Positions 27,254 to 38,155 of a DNA stretch of 61,116 nt are shown piece after piece. Below the pieces are notes generated by a model that did no database searches, was not told where the DNA came from, and saw nothing but the letters and a program-made list of their open reading frames with translations. This stretch comes from Ignavibacteriales bacterium (GTDB taxonomy: Bacteria; Bacteroidota; Ignavibacteria; UBA10030; BY39), in the NCBI GenBank assembly GCA_037443685.1, contig JBBINX010000006.1, positions 1 to 61,116 on the forward strand. Reading direction: 5' to 3'. The stretch's first letter is position 1. The number at the start of each line of letters is the position of its first letter. A program made the position numbers and the translations under genes.

Positions 27254-27952
27254 TTAAATATTATCAATTTTATTTAACTCGTCGTATAACTTTCTAAACA
27301 TTTTCATATCTTCCCAAGCAGGCCGTTTCCAATTTGGGTTGCGCAATAATGCAGCCGGATGATAAGTTACTATTAATTTTGTGTTTCTGAATTCATGCAC
27401 TTGCTCACGTAGTTTCGTCAGTGTGTTGTTAGTTTGGAGCAGCCATTGTGCAGCAATCCTTCCTAAACAAATTATGAACTGCGGTTTTATTAATTCTATT
27501 TGTTTTTCCAAGTAAGGTGTGCAAGTTTCCATCTCGGTTGCTAACGGGTCACGGTTCTGTGGCGGACGGCATTTCAAGATGTTGCAAATATAAACTTCTT
27601 CGCGTTTTAGTCGGACAGCTTCTAATATCTTATTTAAAAGTTGACCCGCTCTACCTACGAATGGTTCACCCTGTGCATCTTCGTCGGCTCCTGGCGCTTC
27701 TCCGATAAACATTACTTTTGCATTTGGATTACCTACGCCAAAAACGAAATTCGTGCGTGTAAACCCCAATGGACATTTCATGCAAGAAGAGATTTCTGAA
27801 TTTAGTTCGTCTAAACTTCCGGGTTTTTGTGCATCATCGGTTTTTTTGTTTTCTGGCACGACTTCCGGTTTTTCTCGATATATCAAATCGCCAAAGAGTT
27901 CTTCTTGTTGCATAAAATATTTTTCGATATCATTGAAAAGATTATCAATCAT
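27254..27952 (-). CDS. Uracil-DNA glycosylase, family 4
   Basis: [46 protein letters not shown]. Confidence 0.88.
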   Translation of the reverse strand: MIDNLFNDIEKYFMQQEELFGDLIYREKPEVVPENKKTDDAQKPGSLDELNSEISSCMKCPLGFTRTNFVFGVGNPNAKVMFIGEAPGADEDAQGEPFVGRAGQLLNKILEAVRLKREEVYICNILKCRPPQNRDPLATEMETCTPYLEKQIELIKPQFIICLGRIAAQWLLQTNNTLTKLREQVHEFRNTKLIVTYHPAALLRNPNWKRPAWEDMKMFRKLYDELNKIDNI

Positions 27953-29172
27953 TATTTTTGATAGAATTCTAAAACACAGTTTAGCAATTCATCGGCTATC
28001 GAATACTTGGTCATTTTTGGTAAGTTTTCTTCTCTACCACCTTTGTGAATAAACGTTACAATATTAGTATCGCTGCCGAAACCAGCTCCTTTTATTTTCG
28101 GATTATTTAGGACGATCAAATCAAGATTTTTATTTCTCAATTTAGTTCTTGCGTTCGATAAGCCATCATTAGTTTCGAGTGCAAAACCGATAAAAAATTG
28201 GTTCTTTTTCTTTTTTAATCCTACAGTTGCTAAAATATCTTTCGTCTTTTTAAGATTCAAAGTTAATAATTTATCGCTGTTCTCTTTTTTAATTTTATGC
28301 TCTGAATAATCTGTCGGTGTAAAGTCAGCGACTGCTGCTGCCATTATCAGCACATCGGCTTTACGAACATTCTTTACCGTTGCGTTATACATTTCTTCCG
28401 ATGTTTCGACGTTAATCCTTTTTACAAAATTTGGGGTCTGTAAATAAGAGTGTCCAGATATTAAAGTTACTTCAGCCCCGCGTATTGCCGCATTCTTTGC
28501 GATCGCAAAACCCATCTTGCCGGATGATCTGTTGCTAATATATCTGACGGGGTCAATTGGCTCGTGAGTCGGTCCCGCGGTAACAAGGATTTTTAACCCG
28601 GTCAGGTCTCGTTTCAAGTTTTGTAAAAAGACATCGACCGACTTAATTAGTTTGTCAATTTCAGGTAATCTTCCTTTTCCGGATAAACCGCTGGCAAGTT
28701 CACCGATTTCAGGATTGATTACAAAATACCCACGTTCTTGCAAATTATTAATGTTTTCTTGTGTAGCCGAATTTTCCCACATATATGTATCCATAGCAGG
28801 GGAGATGATAACGGGACACCTGATAGAAATGGCCATAATGGATACCGGGTTATCGGCTATACCATATGCTATTTTTGCGATTGTATTAGCCGTAGCAGGT
28901 GCAATGAGCATAATATCAGCCCACATACCGAGGTGAATGTGCCAAGTTTCAGCTTTGACTATTGGTGCTGACGAATCGGGAAAAGTATCGGTGACGACAT
29001 CGTTTTCGGAGAGAGTTGCCAACGTTACAGGGTTGATGAATTCAGTAGCCGATTTAGTCATAACTACACGCACTTCAGCGCCAGCCTTTTTGAATTCGCG
29101 CACCATCAGCGGTATTTTATAAGCAGCAATTCCGCCTGTAATTCCAATCAATATTTTTTTATTTCGCAGCAT
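27952..29172 (-). CDS. coaBC: Bifunctional phosphopantothenoylcysteine decarboxylase / phosphopantothenate-cysteine ligase
   Basis: [55 protein letters not shown]. Confidence 0.92.
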   Translation of the reverse strand: MLRNKKILIGITGGIAAYKIPLMVREFKKAGAEVRVVMTKSATEFINPVTLATLSENDVVTDTFPDSSAPIVKAETWHIHLGMWADIMLIAPATANTIAKIAYGIADNPVSIMAISIRCPVIISPAMDTYMWENSATQENINNLQERGYFVINPEIGELASGLSGKGRLPEIDKLIKSVDVFLQNLKRDLTGLKILVTAGPTHEPIDPVRYISNRSSGKMGFAIAKNAAIRGAEVTLISGHSYLQTPNFVKRINVETSEEMYNATVKNVRKADVLIMAAAVADFTPTDYSEHKIKKENSDKLLTLNLKKTKDILATVGLKKKKNQFFIGFALETNDGLSNARTKLRNKNLDLIVLNNPKIKGAGFGSDTNIVTFIHKGGREENLPKMTKYSIADELLNCVLEFYQK

Positions 29173-29196
29173 TGCCGATTGTTATCTTTTATGTAT

Positions 29197-29517
29197 TTAT
29201 GGGGTAACTTCGTCTTTGTAGCGAACTTGTAATTTATCGTTCAATAATTCATCTACAGCTATACTAGTCGGCTTTGGTCTTCTCTCGAAATCGCGAGCGA
29301 TTAATAATTGATCTGGATTCGGCTTAACCTCCATCGGTTCAGCTTCGTCTGGTTCGATAGTCGATAGCTTAGTAAGAATAGTTTCTAATTGCTGGTTGAA
29401 CTCAATTTTAAGTTCTTCATTTATTTGTTGTGCCCGCTTCGAGAGTACTACTATCGATTCATAGATGTTTTCCACTTTTGCTTCTAAATCTATTAGGTTT
29501 ACTGATTTGATTGGCAT
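29197..29517 (-). CDS. rpoZ: DNA-directed RNA polymerase subunit omega
   Basis: 106 aa with NIYESIVVLSKRAQQINEE, the omega core seen in FCB-group RpoZ. Sits in the conserved gmk-rpoZ-coaBC position. Confidence 0.75.
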   Translation of the reverse strand: MPIKSVNLIDLEAKVENIYESIVVLSKRAQQINEELKIEFNQQLETILTKLSTIEPDEAEPMEVKPNPDQLLIARDFERRPKPTSIAVDELLNDKLQVRYKDEVTP

Positions 29518-29536
29518 TTATACTCCTTCTATTTGA

Positions 29537-30100
29537 TTAATTAATTGATTTCTTTATGATTTTATGTACTTCTTCAACCGCTTTTTGCAAATTGTCATTA
29601 AGAATTACATAGTCAAAATTATTTTTTTTTGCAAATTCCATTTCAACTCTAGCGATCCTTTTTTTCATCGTCTCTTCATTTTCGGTTTTTCGATCCTTTA
29701 GTCTTTGTATCAACACATCTTGATTCGGAACATCTATAAATATAAGTATCGTTTCCTTGGGGAAATATTTTTTAATGGATAAAGCGCCTAAAACATCTAT
29801 GTCAAAAATTATTGAGCTTCCGGCATCTAACGATTTTTTTACTTCCTCTTTGAGAGTTCCGTAATAATGGTCATAAATTTTTTGCCATTCCACAAGTTTG
29901 TCTTCGGTTATGTTGCTTTCGAATTCTTCTTTTGTCGTAAAAAAATAATCCTTGCCGTGGATTTCAGTGCTCCGTCTCGGTCGCGTCGTAACAGAGACTG
30001 AAAAATCAATCTCAGGATGGATGCGTAGGATTTCTCGTGCGATAGTTGTTTTACCGCATCCACTAGGTGCTGAAATTACAAACAGTTTTGGTAAAGGCAT
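29537..30100 (-). CDS. gmk: Guanylate kinase
   Basis: ISAPSGCGKTT P-loop, SVTTRPRR..E..G.DYFF. Confidence 0.92.
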   Translation of the reverse strand: MPLPKLFVISAPSGCGKTTIAREILRIHPEIDFSVSVTTRPRRSTEIHGKDYFFTTKEEFESNITEDKLVEWQKIYDHYYGTLKEEVKKSLDAGSSIIFDIDVLGALSIKKYFPKETILIFIDVPNQDVLIQRLKDRKTENEETMKKRIARVEMEFAKKNNFDYVILNDNLQKAVEEVHKIIKKSIN

Positions 30101-30121
30101 AGTTTGCGTTTATTCTGATTC

Positions 30122-31003
30122 TCATTCAATATTTTGAATTTGTTCTCTGATTTTTTCCAACTCTTCTTTAATACCAATTGCTAAGTGTGCAATTGTAGAG
30201 TCGTTGGATTTTGTTCCGATTGTGTTTGCTTCACGGTTGATTTCTTGAATTAGAAAATTTAATTTTCTGCCGGAGGCTTCTGTTTCTTCCATCGCCTCAA
30301 GAAAAAATTTTGTATGACTTTGTAATCTCACACACTCTTCTGTAATATCCAATTTATCGGCGATGAAAATAATTTCTTGTTCGAGTCTTTTTTCATCAAT
30401 TCGGTTTTCGTTCTCTAAAAGTTTATTAACTCGTTTTCGTAACCTTTCGCGCTCGACGGGGATACGCTTTTTTGAAAGCTGAACAATTTTTTCGAGTTTA
30501 TTCTCAATGAGTTTTATTCTTTTTGTCAGATCTTTTTTAAGCTCTTGTCCTTCTTGCTTTCGCATCTTTATTAAGTTAGACAAAGATAATGTTATAGCTT
30601 TCTCACATAATTTCCATTCTATTTCGTCATCCAACGAATCTTGTTCGACTTGAATTATTTCTGAAAACTTTAATAAATGGTCGATTGTTATCTTTTCGTC
30701 CATCTTTAGCGATTTCTTTAAATTTGTAAGTATCTTGTAATAGTTGTGAGCGGCTTCCGCATTGATGGCTAACGATGTACGACCTTGCTCGTGTCCTTCA
30801 ACCGATATAGAAATACTAATTTTCCCACGGTCTAATTTATTCCGTAAAATATTTTTTACGTCATTTTCGCGATGTGATTGATTTTTGGGTAAACGAATTG
30901 ATAATTCTAAAAAGCGACTGTTAACGCTACGGGTTTCAGCAATAACAGTAGTATTTTTGTGTTTAAATTCACCGCGGCCGTAGCCGGTCATACTCATAAT
31001 CAT
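30122..31003 (-). CDS. yicC: YicC family stress-induced protein / endoribonuclease
   Basis: MTGYGRGE...SVNSRFLELSIRLP at the N-terminus and EINREANTIGTKS at the C-terminus. Confidence 0.88.
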   Translation of the reverse strand: MIMSMTGYGRGEFKHKNTTVIAETRSVNSRFLELSIRLPKNQSHRENDVKNILRNKLDRGKISISISVEGHEQGRTSLAINAEAAHNYYKILTNLKKSLKMDEKITIDHLLKFSEIIQVEQDSLDDEIEWKLCEKAITLSLSNLIKMRKQEGQELKKDLTKRIKLIENKLEKIVQLSKKRIPVERERLRKRVNKLLENENRIDEKRLEQEIIFIADKLDITEECVRLQSHTKFFLEAMEETEASGRKLNFLIQEINREANTIGTKSNDSTIAHLAIGIKEELEKIREQIQNIE

Positions 31004-31163
31004 TTATTATCCTGGAAAGTGGCTTATATTAATGGAAAACAAGAAATTTCTTTTTTAACTTATTTAAATTACGAAAAAATTATTACATCAGCAAGCTATG
31101 ATTGTTTGAGGAAAAACAAAAAATTTGCTATATTTATACGGGTAAATTTGCTATTATTAAAAA

Positions 31164-32855
31164 ATGTTAAATCATTTCATTACTCTCCAAAGTTTAGCAG
31201 AAGAGTTCTCGCAAGAATTAACATCGGGAACGATTCTGGAAATCTTTAGTCAACAAAAGAATGAACTTATTATTTCTGTGTGTACTCCAGGGACAATTAA
31301 ATCGCTTGTGGTTTCAATTAATCCGCAGATGAATTTTGTTTTCTTGCGCGAACAATCCCCACGGGCAAAGAGAAACTCGGTTTCTTTGTTCGGTGAAGTT
31401 ACGTCAGCACAGATTCAGCGTTGCAGCGGATATTATTATGAAAGATCGATAAAAATATCTTTATCCGATGGAGGGAGTCTTTATCTGAATTTATACGGAA
31501 CAGCTTCTAGTAACGTATTCCTTACTGATGAGAACGATATTATCATAAACAGTTTCAAGAATAATAAAGATTTTATTGGAAAGAAATATAACGAGGGTAC
31601 AAAATCATCGGATAAAGATAGCTTAAATTTGACACCTGACTATAATAGTTTCGAAAGTAAATTATTATCGGATAAAAGTAAAACTACATTCAAATCCTTT
31701 AAATCAATTTTTCCATTTTTAGGTTCTACTATAACGAGGGAGACACTTCATAGATCTGGAGTTGAAGATAAAGTGCACATATCCGAATTAACGACTGAAG
31801 ATTGCAAGAATATAATTAAAACGTTGAAAGAAATATTTATCGAATTAAGCAAACCGGAATTCACAATTTATAGCACGGGGGGTACTCCGAGAGTTTTATC
31901 TGTCATTAGACTACAACATCTGAGCGGGGCAACAGCAGAAAGCTATAAAAGCATGAATGATGCGGTAAAAAATTTTGTAATGAAATCGTTCAAGACTCAG
32001 AATATTGACAGCGAAAAGAAAGAACTTCTTCTGAAAATCAGGAATGAACTTGACAAAGCCAGAAGAACTGAAAAAGCTCTACAATCTGAAGTATTGGAAT
32101 CCGACCGTGCTAAGAATTATGAACACATTGCGAAAGTTATATTAGCTAACTTACAACACCTTACAAAAGGAACACGAGAGATCGATATCGAAGATATATT
32201 CAACAACGACAAATTAATGAGAATAACGCTCGATCCAAAGCTCACACCGGCACAGAATGCTGAAAAATTTTTTAACAAAGCGCGCAAAGCGAAAGTAGCT
32301 TACGTAGAGTCGTTACAACAACTTGAAGTTGTGAAAGAAGAAACAGCATTGCTTGAGAAACTACTCTTACATTTAGATAACTGTCATAACAAGGAACAGA
32401 TAAACGAATTCAAAGAAGAATACGAAGACGATTTAAAAGCGATGCGTCTCATTACTTCGAAAGAAAGAGCCGATTTACCGCCGTTCAGAATTTTTAATGT
32501 TGCAGGCGGGTTTGAAGTTTGGGTAGGTAAAAGTTCGGCGAATAATGAGCTGCTAACAATGAAATATGCAAAACCAAATGATTTATGGTTCCACACACGT
32601 GGAGCGAGTGGTTCACACACTATTTTGCGTGTCGGGAGCAGTAAAACCCAGCCAGGCAAGGAAGCTGTTCGTCAGGCAGCAAGTATTGCCGCATACTACA
32701 GCAAAATGAGAAACGCCTCGAACGTTCCTGTCGGTTACTGTGAGAAAAAATATGTGCGTAAACCTAAGGACGCACCCGCCGGAACCGTTATAATGGAAAG
32801 AGAAAAAGTTATATTTGTAGAGCCGGGTTTACCAGATGATAGAAGTCAATCCTAA
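31164..32855 (+). CDS. NFACT-family (FbpA/RqcH-like) ribosome quality control protein
   Basis: 563 aa. Central coiled coil, then the DUF814/NFACT-R block FEVWVGKSSANNELLTMKYAKPNDLWFHTRGASGSHTIL. Confidence 0.8.
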   Translation: MLNHFITLQSLAEEFSQELTSGTILEIFSQQKNELIISVCTPGTIKSLVVSINPQMNFVFLREQSPRAKRNSVSLFGEVTSAQIQRCSGYYYERSIKISLSDGGSLYLNLYGTASSNVFLTDENDIIINSFKNNKDFIGKKYNEGTKSSDKDSLNLTPDYNSFESKLLSDKSKTTFKSFKSIFPFLGSTITRETLHRSGVEDKVHISELTTEDCKNIIKTLKEIFIELSKPEFTIYSTGGTPRVLSVIRLQHLSGATAESYKSMNDAVKNFVMKSFKTQNIDSEKKELLLKIRNELDKARRTEKALQSEVLESDRAKNYEHIAKVILANLQHLTKGTREIDIEDIFNNDKLMRITLDPKLTPAQNAEKFFNKARKAKVAYVESLQQLEVVKEETALLEKLLLHLDNCHNKEQINEFKEEYEDDLKAMRLITSKERADLPPFRIFNVAGGFEVWVGKSSANNELLTMKYAKPNDLWFHTRGASGSHTILRVGSSKTQPGKEAVRQAASIAAYYSKMRNASNVPVGYCEKKYVRKPKDAPAGTVIMEREKVIFVEPGLPDDRSQS

Positions 32856-35800
32856 CTACTACAGCTAAGACAAATGTCGTAGTTTCGATAACCACAAAAA
32901 TTGCAAATCCGTTTATTCCGTTCGAAATTCCCGCTTTTTATTTTACTTATCATAGATTTTACTAGGGCTTCGAATTCTTGAAAATTATTTTTATTATATA
33001 AGAAATGTTGAGGAGAATCAGGGTAGGATGTAAAAAGTATTGTGGCTAATACTTCGTCTTGAATAAATAAACGGCTTACTAATAATGCGTAGAAAATCAT
33101 TTGCGATCGAAATTCTTGTGCCTTCTGCTCAATAATATTTTTTGCAAATCTACCAGTTTTGTAATCTATGATACACCATTTGCCTTCTTCATTTTTGTAA
33201 AGTCTATCAATCGTTCCAGTTAAGAAATCCTCTCCGAAAACCGAATTTATAGTAAATTCAGTTTTGTATTCGGAATATGAAAATATTTTTTTTACATATT
33301 CCACTTCGTAAAATGATTTTATTGTGAATAAAATTTTTTCTGTTACTTCATAAGGATTAAAAAAATCTCCATACACTTCATTCAGTAAATAATCAATAAT
33401 AAATGATTTTATGTTTACCTCGTCGTATGTCTGGTGATGCTCCAATATATTATGGATAATAGAACCAATTAGCTCACCATGGATTAAATCATTGGCATCC
33501 TCTTCTTCGTTAAAATTCAATCGGTTAGTACCCACTTCTGGAATACCAAGCTGATGTTTCAAGAAATATTTTATCGGGCAATCCATATATGTTTGTACTT
33601 GGGTAGCAGAGAAAAAATCTCTGTGAACATGAGCACGCAATGGGTGGATTAATAACTTGCCGATTTTTATTCCCTCAGGATTGAGTTTTGGGATTGAGGT
33701 TTCTATCGAAATATCCTCTGGTGACTTATATACTTGAATTTCAAGATTATGCTTTATTGTTTTTGTAACATACTTGTTATCAACTAGCTCCAGAGTTTTT
33801 ACAAGAACCTCCGGAATTATTAAATTGCCGGTTTTTATCGTATCAAGCTCTATACCCAGACCTGTTAACACCCAGTCAAGGTACCCGGTTACAGAATTAC
33901 TACGACTCCCCGAAAGTACCAATATATCTTTTGCCCTTGTGCAAGCGACATAAAAAATTCTTTTTTCTTCTGCTTCGGTTTTTAAGCGTGAATGACATTT
34001 GAGGAGTGTATAATTTAACGGTTCAATTTTAGTAGCGTTGGTTTCTTCTAAAATCTTAAACCCGAAGCCTAATTTATCGTCTATAAATGGTGGGTTGTCA
34101 TACTTAAATATTTTGTTCAAAAAAGGTACGAAAACTACAGGAAACTCAAGACCTTTCGCCGAATGAATCGTAAGTATATGAACAGCATCTTCCCTGTCTT
34201 CAATGTCAGCCTGACCCTCCCGAGTCTCATCTGAGATTAAAAGTTTTAAACGTTCTACAAAATCAAAAAGAGTAGAAAAACCTTTGCCTTCAAATTCACG
34301 TGCGATACGAAGCAGTTTTTCTACATTGGACTTGCTCTGCTCGCCTCGGTCAATTCCAGAAATTGTACCAAGCCAACCGGTCTGCCTGAAAATTCGATGA
34401 ACAAGTATAGGTATAGGTAATCGGGTCGCATAATTAATATTATCATTCAGAATAATGGCAGCTCGCTTTGCATATTCAGATGCTAATTCGGTTTTTACAT
34501 AAGTGTTGAATTTACTCCAGAAACTGTTATCTCGTGATATGTTTGCGATTTCGTACAACTCTGAATCGGAAACTACGAAGAAAGGAGACCTTAGTAAGCC
34601 AACCAGCGCAACGTCGTCGTGGTTATTCAGCAAGAATATAAAATAGTTATAAAAATCATAGATCTCTTGAGTTTGATAAAAACCAATTCCACCAGAGATA
34701 AGATATGGTATCTTAAATTTATTAAAACATTCCTCTAATTGCTTCAGATGTGTGCGGCTGCGTAACAGTATTGCTGTGTCTTTAAATTGAAAATTATGGG
34801 AAATTTCTTTCCTGTCAAAAATTTGGTATTTGGTTTGATAAAGGTTTAAAATTCTCCGAGCTATCATTTTACATTCGCCAGCTATCAATTCGCTCTGTTT
34901 TATTTTTTTGGACTTGTTATCGGTTTCTCCGGGAATCGAAAGGATCAGTTCGATTTTGCCGTGAGCGGGATTTTTTCTGCCCTTTATCAATTCGTCGTAT
35001 GCAACTTCGTATTCTTGATTTGATTTCTTCATTATACTCGAAAATATTAAGTTAACGAAGCATACAATATTGGTTAATAATCGGAAACTTTCTGCTAAAA
35101 CTATATTGCTTTGTTTATCCGTTTGTGTCTGGACAGCATTTGCAATATCAGATTTTGTTCGCCCGAAAACTTCGACTTCAGCGTTCCTGAAACCAAATAT
35201 AGATTGTTTCGGGTCGCCCACGATGAATAAATTTCCTGTTTTTAATTTAGAAAGTAACGGTAGAAAAATTTCGTATTGAAGAAAATTAGTATCCTGATAT
35301 TCGTCGATCATAATATATTTATACCTGTCAGCTAACCTTTTTCTAATATCGTCATTTTCTAAAAGCTTACGTGTTATTAATTGTAAGTCGTCGTAATCTA
35401 AATAACTCATTTCACCTTTTTTATTATCGTAAATCTCGACCAGTATTTTATAAAGTGCAACGATGGTTCGACTGAGCCGTAATAACGTTTTTTGATTTGT
35501 TACGAAATTTACATCAATTACTTTTTCGATTAAATCTTTTACTCGGTACCAACAGTCTCTAAGAATTCGTGTGTAATCGGAAAAACCGGTAATATCTGTG
35601 TTCGTACCGATAACAATCCGATTCAGGTTACCTTCTTTGGTTAATAAATTTTTAAATATATTATTAAAAAGTGAATATCTCTCCAGTTTTGGTAAATCTA
35701 TTCTCCACCGAGCAATATCCGCTTTTATGTTCTCTGCTCTCTTTGTTGTTATAAGATCAAGAATTTCAGATGCCGCCTTTAACCAATCAGTATCGTTGAC

Positions 35801-36460
35801 TACAGAATCAATTATTTCTTCTACGTTATTTTGCCAAAGTTTTAATATGTTTACATCTGTATTCTCATCTGAGAATATTCCATCCGACACAATCATCTTT
35901 TCAACATATTCACGCTTTTTCAATAAAGTCAATAAAATATTTTGAACTTCATTTTTTCCGATATTTCTTAATGTAAAAATAAGTTCAGAATAGATGTCAG
36001 TGGAGCTGTCCTTTAAAATCGTCGCGATAGATTCGGCAACCGAGTCGTTAAGCAGAATGTCCCGGTCAACTCCTTCTAATATCGTAAATGCAAAGTCGAT
36101 GTTTGCTTCGACGGGAAATTGTCTGAGAAGTTGAGCGCAGAAAGCGTGAATAGTCGAAATGTTTGCCGAAGAAAGATGGCCATGAGCATATTCCAACTTA
36201 TTTAAGAGTTCGTTGTTTGTTTCGGATATTAATTTTTCAGAGATGGTTTCGGCAATTTTTCTTTTTAACTCGCTTGCCGCTTTTTCTGTGAATGTGATTG
36301 CCACGATTTCATCTATGCGGCAGTCAGTGTTGAGCAATACTTCGAGGAAGCGGTTTACTAATACGGTAGTTTTTCCCGATCCTGCATTTGCAGTAACAGA
36401 CATATGCTGTTTTAAGTCGAGAGTTTGTTTTTGACTTTCGGTGAAAATAGTTACTGACAT
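32852..36460 (-). CDS. UvrD/AddA-type superfamily-1 helicase fused to a PD-(D/E)XK nuclease with an AddB/Cas4-like four-Cys arrangement
   Basis: ANAGSGKTTVL (motif I), MIDEYQDTN (motif II), TIHSAKGLEFPVVF, YVACTRAKD. C-terminal nuclease GTIDRLY...IIDYKTG, bracketed by Cys in YMDCPIKYF and CNFCGYRNYDIC. Confidence 0.85.
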   Translation of the reverse strand: MSVTIFTESQKQTLDLKQHMSVTANAGSGKTTVLVNRFLEVLLNTDCRIDEIVAITFTEKAASELKRKIAETISEKLISETNNELLNKLEYAHGHLSSANISTIHAFCAQLLRQFPVEANIDFAFTILEGVDRDILLNDSVAESIATILKDSSTDIYSELIFTLRNIGKNEVQNILLTLLKKREYVEKMIVSDGIFSDENTDVNILKLWQNNVEEIIDSVVNDTDWLKAASEILDLITTKRAENIKADIARWRIDLPKLERYSLFNNIFKNLLTKEGNLNRIVIGTNTDITGFSDYTRILRDCWYRVKDLIEKVIDVNFVTNQKTLLRLSRTIVALYKILVEIYDNKKGEMSYLDYDDLQLITRKLLENDDIRKRLADRYKYIMIDEYQDTNFLQYEIFLPLLSKLKTGNLFIVGDPKQSIFGFRNAEVEVFGRTKSDIANAVQTQTDKQSNIVLAESFRLLTNIVCFVNLIFSSIMKKSNQEYEVAYDELIKGRKNPAHGKIELILSIPGETDNKSKKIKQSELIAGECKMIARRILNLYQTKYQIFDRKEISHNFQFKDTAILLRSRTHLKQLEECFNKFKIPYLISGGIGFYQTQEIYDFYNYFIFLLNNHDDVALVGLLRSPFFVVSDSELYEIANISRDNSFWSKFNTYVKTELASEYAKRAAIILNDNINYATRLPIPILVHRIFRQTGWLGTISGIDRGEQSKSNVEKLLRIAREFEGKGFSTLFDFVERLKLLISDETREGQADIEDREDAVHILTIHSAKGLEFPVVFVPFLNKIFKYDNPPFIDDKLGFGFKILEETNATKIEPLNYTLLKCHSRLKTEAEEKRIFYVACTRAKDILVLSGSRSNSVTGYLDWVLTGLGIELDTIKTGNLIIPEVLVKTLELVDNKYVTKTIKHNLEIQVYKSPEDISIETSIPKLNPEGIKIGKLLIHPLRAHVHRDFFSATQVQTYMDCPIKYFLKHQLGIPEVGTNRLNFNEEEDANDLIHGELIGSIIHNILEHHQTYDEVNIKSFIIDYLLNEVYGDFFNPYEVTEKILFTIKSFYEVEYVKKIFSYSEYKTEFTINSVFGEDFLTGTIDRLYKNEEGKWCIIDYKTGRFAKNIIEQKAQEFRSQMIFYALLVSRLFIQDEVLATILFTSYPDSPQHFLYNKNNFQEFEALVKSMISKIKSGNFERNKRICNFCGYRNYDICLSCSS

Positions 36461-36579
36461 AACGATTGGAATTTAAAATAATGAATTATCAATTCAAAAT
36501 AATCTGTTTTATTTATCCACCTCTTACGGAACGGTTTGTCTCAACTTGTACAGTATAATCGCTCTCTGATGACTAATTT

Positions 36580-36591
36580 GGGATTAATCCC
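36580..36591. promoter_or_regulatory. Perfect 12-bp palindrome GGGATTAATCCC upstream of the helicase-nuclease gene
   Basis: Read directly, 120 bp upstream of the start at 36460. Function unknown. Confidence 0.25.
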
Positions 36592-36620
36592 GTACGTAAA
36601 TAATATTTATAGTGATTGAA

Positions 36621-36657
36621 TAAAAAAAGCCGGTCTCAGTTTTATTAAGCCGGCTTT
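36621..36657 (-). terminator. Probable terminator of the FadL-like OMP gene
   Basis: Minus strand reads AAGCCGG-(16 nt loop)-CCGGCUU followed by UUUUUAUUC, 25 nt after the stop. Confidence 0.5.
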
Positions 36658-36680
36658 TGGTTAAAAAAATTAGGGATAAT

Positions 36681-38126
36681 TTAAAAACGATATGTGAGAG
36701 TCGCGATAATATTATGTGTTTTTACTTTTTCGTAAGTCCGTGAAGTTTTGTCGTAATTCGAGTGGAAAGTATCCCAGAAACCATAAGCGTAACCGAGATC
36801 GAACGCGATGGCATCCTGGAATATAAATCCGACACCCCCAGTAATATATTTTTGAGCGTAGGAGGTTGGATCTCCTTTATATGGTGAAGGTAAGTATGCG
36901 AATCCACCACGCAAGGTCGTGCCAATGGGTGAAAATTGATACTCAGCACCGAACCTCAAGTTGACAGTGGGTTGGAATATCTCTTTGATATCTGTGTTCA
37001 AATTAATTAGATAAGCTGGTGCATTAAGGAATTCCATTTGTGTCCAGTCTGTATATTCGACATCGCCTGATAAAAGAAGATCGTATATTATATGTGAAGC
37101 GCCTGCAGTAAATACGAACGGTGAAACAACTTCATATTCGGTTTTGTCTTTTGAAGGTCCATTGGGAGGATATTTAAAGTTCTCGCCGTTATCGAAATAG
37201 CTTTGTCCCTCCGAAGTGAATGTTTCCTTAATAGCTACCCACGAAGGTGTTTTTAATGTTAATCCGATTCTTGTAGATGGTGATAGACGATATAGTAAAC
37301 CGAATTTTGCGACGAAACCGTTGACATCAGCGGATACAGTTTGGTCTATGTATAAAGATTTAAAATCAAAAGGATAACGAGTGTTATTGTAAATTTCTGC
37401 TAAATCTTCTTCTATATAATTTCGTTGCCAGTAGTAAGAGCCGCTAATAATATTCAAAGAAAGGCCGACTAATAAATTTTTTGCCGGTTCGATTGCACCC
37501 CCGAAACTCCAATTATTCAAGCCACCGCTCTCCAAAATTTTTCCACTTTGAGTAACACTATCTTGAATTCGGCTGTCGAAAATGTATGTATTTGGTCCGA
37601 GCGAATCTACATTGGCAAGATAAAGCTCCCACGCTAAGTTACCGACGGGTCTTTTCTTTGTGCTCGACCCATGAGGTGCATAATGTTGGATTATTGAACT
37701 TAAAGGATTAAATCCTTTGAACGCTAAAGCAGTCGAAAAATCGTTCACACGATTGTAACCTGCTGCAAAAACCAAACTACCACGTGTCGTAGGAAAAGGA
37801 TAAGTAATCCCTAAATTATTGAGTTTAGTACTGCTGTTGGAGAATGATTTATAATTACCGTAGAAAGTACTGTTATTATTGAAAGATAAATTGGATAACC
37901 CGAAAGACAATTCGGACATTTCGATTTGACCTAAACCTGCGGGGTTCCAATAAATTGCCGAGTAATCATTAGCTATACCTGTATAAGCCAATCCTAATCC
38001 TAAAGCTCTTGCCCCAATTCCAAATCCTGTTGATGAATATCTTAGAGCATCTTCAGGAAATTGTGCGATACTGTTTATTTGGAAAATAAAAAATAATACC
38101 GTTAAAAAAATATTTATCTTTTTCAT
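36681..38126 (-). CDS. FadL/TodX/PorV-like outer membrane beta-barrel protein
   Basis: Signal peptide. NPAGLG motif near the N-terminus. Alternating beta-strand pattern. Terminal ...ATLTYRF with C-terminal Phe. Confidence 0.7.
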   Translation of the reverse strand: MKKINIFLTVLFFIFQINSIAQFPEDALRYSSTGFGIGARALGLGLAYTGIANDYSAIYWNPAGLGQIEMSELSFGLSNLSFNNNSTFYGNYKSFSNSSTKLNNLGITYPFPTTRGSLVFAAGYNRVNDFSTALAFKGFNPLSSIIQHYAPHGSSTKKRPVGNLAWELYLANVDSLGPNTYIFDSRIQDSVTQSGKILESGGLNNWSFGGAIEPAKNLLVGLSLNIISGSYYWQRNYIEEDLAEIYNNTRYPFDFKSLYIDQTVSADVNGFVAKFGLLYRLSPSTRIGLTLKTPSWVAIKETFTSEGQSYFDNGENFKYPPNGPSKDKTEYEVVSPFVFTAGASHIIYDLLLSGDVEYTDWTQMEFLNAPAYLINLNTDIKEIFQPTVNLRFGAEYQFSPIGTTLRGGFAYLPSPYKGDPTSYAQKYITGGVGFIFQDAIAFDLGYAYGFWDTFHSNYDKTSRTYEKVKTHNIIATLTYRF

Positions 38127-38155
38127 CTGTTTTTATCCTTGTGAGTGTTTATTGA

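Noticed and set aside
36566-36600. CUGAUGA followed by the GGGAUUAAUCCC hairpin (hammerhead-like core?)
   Set aside because: The hairpin does not start directly after CUGAUGA and there is no following GAAA core with stems I and III. This is a chance match.
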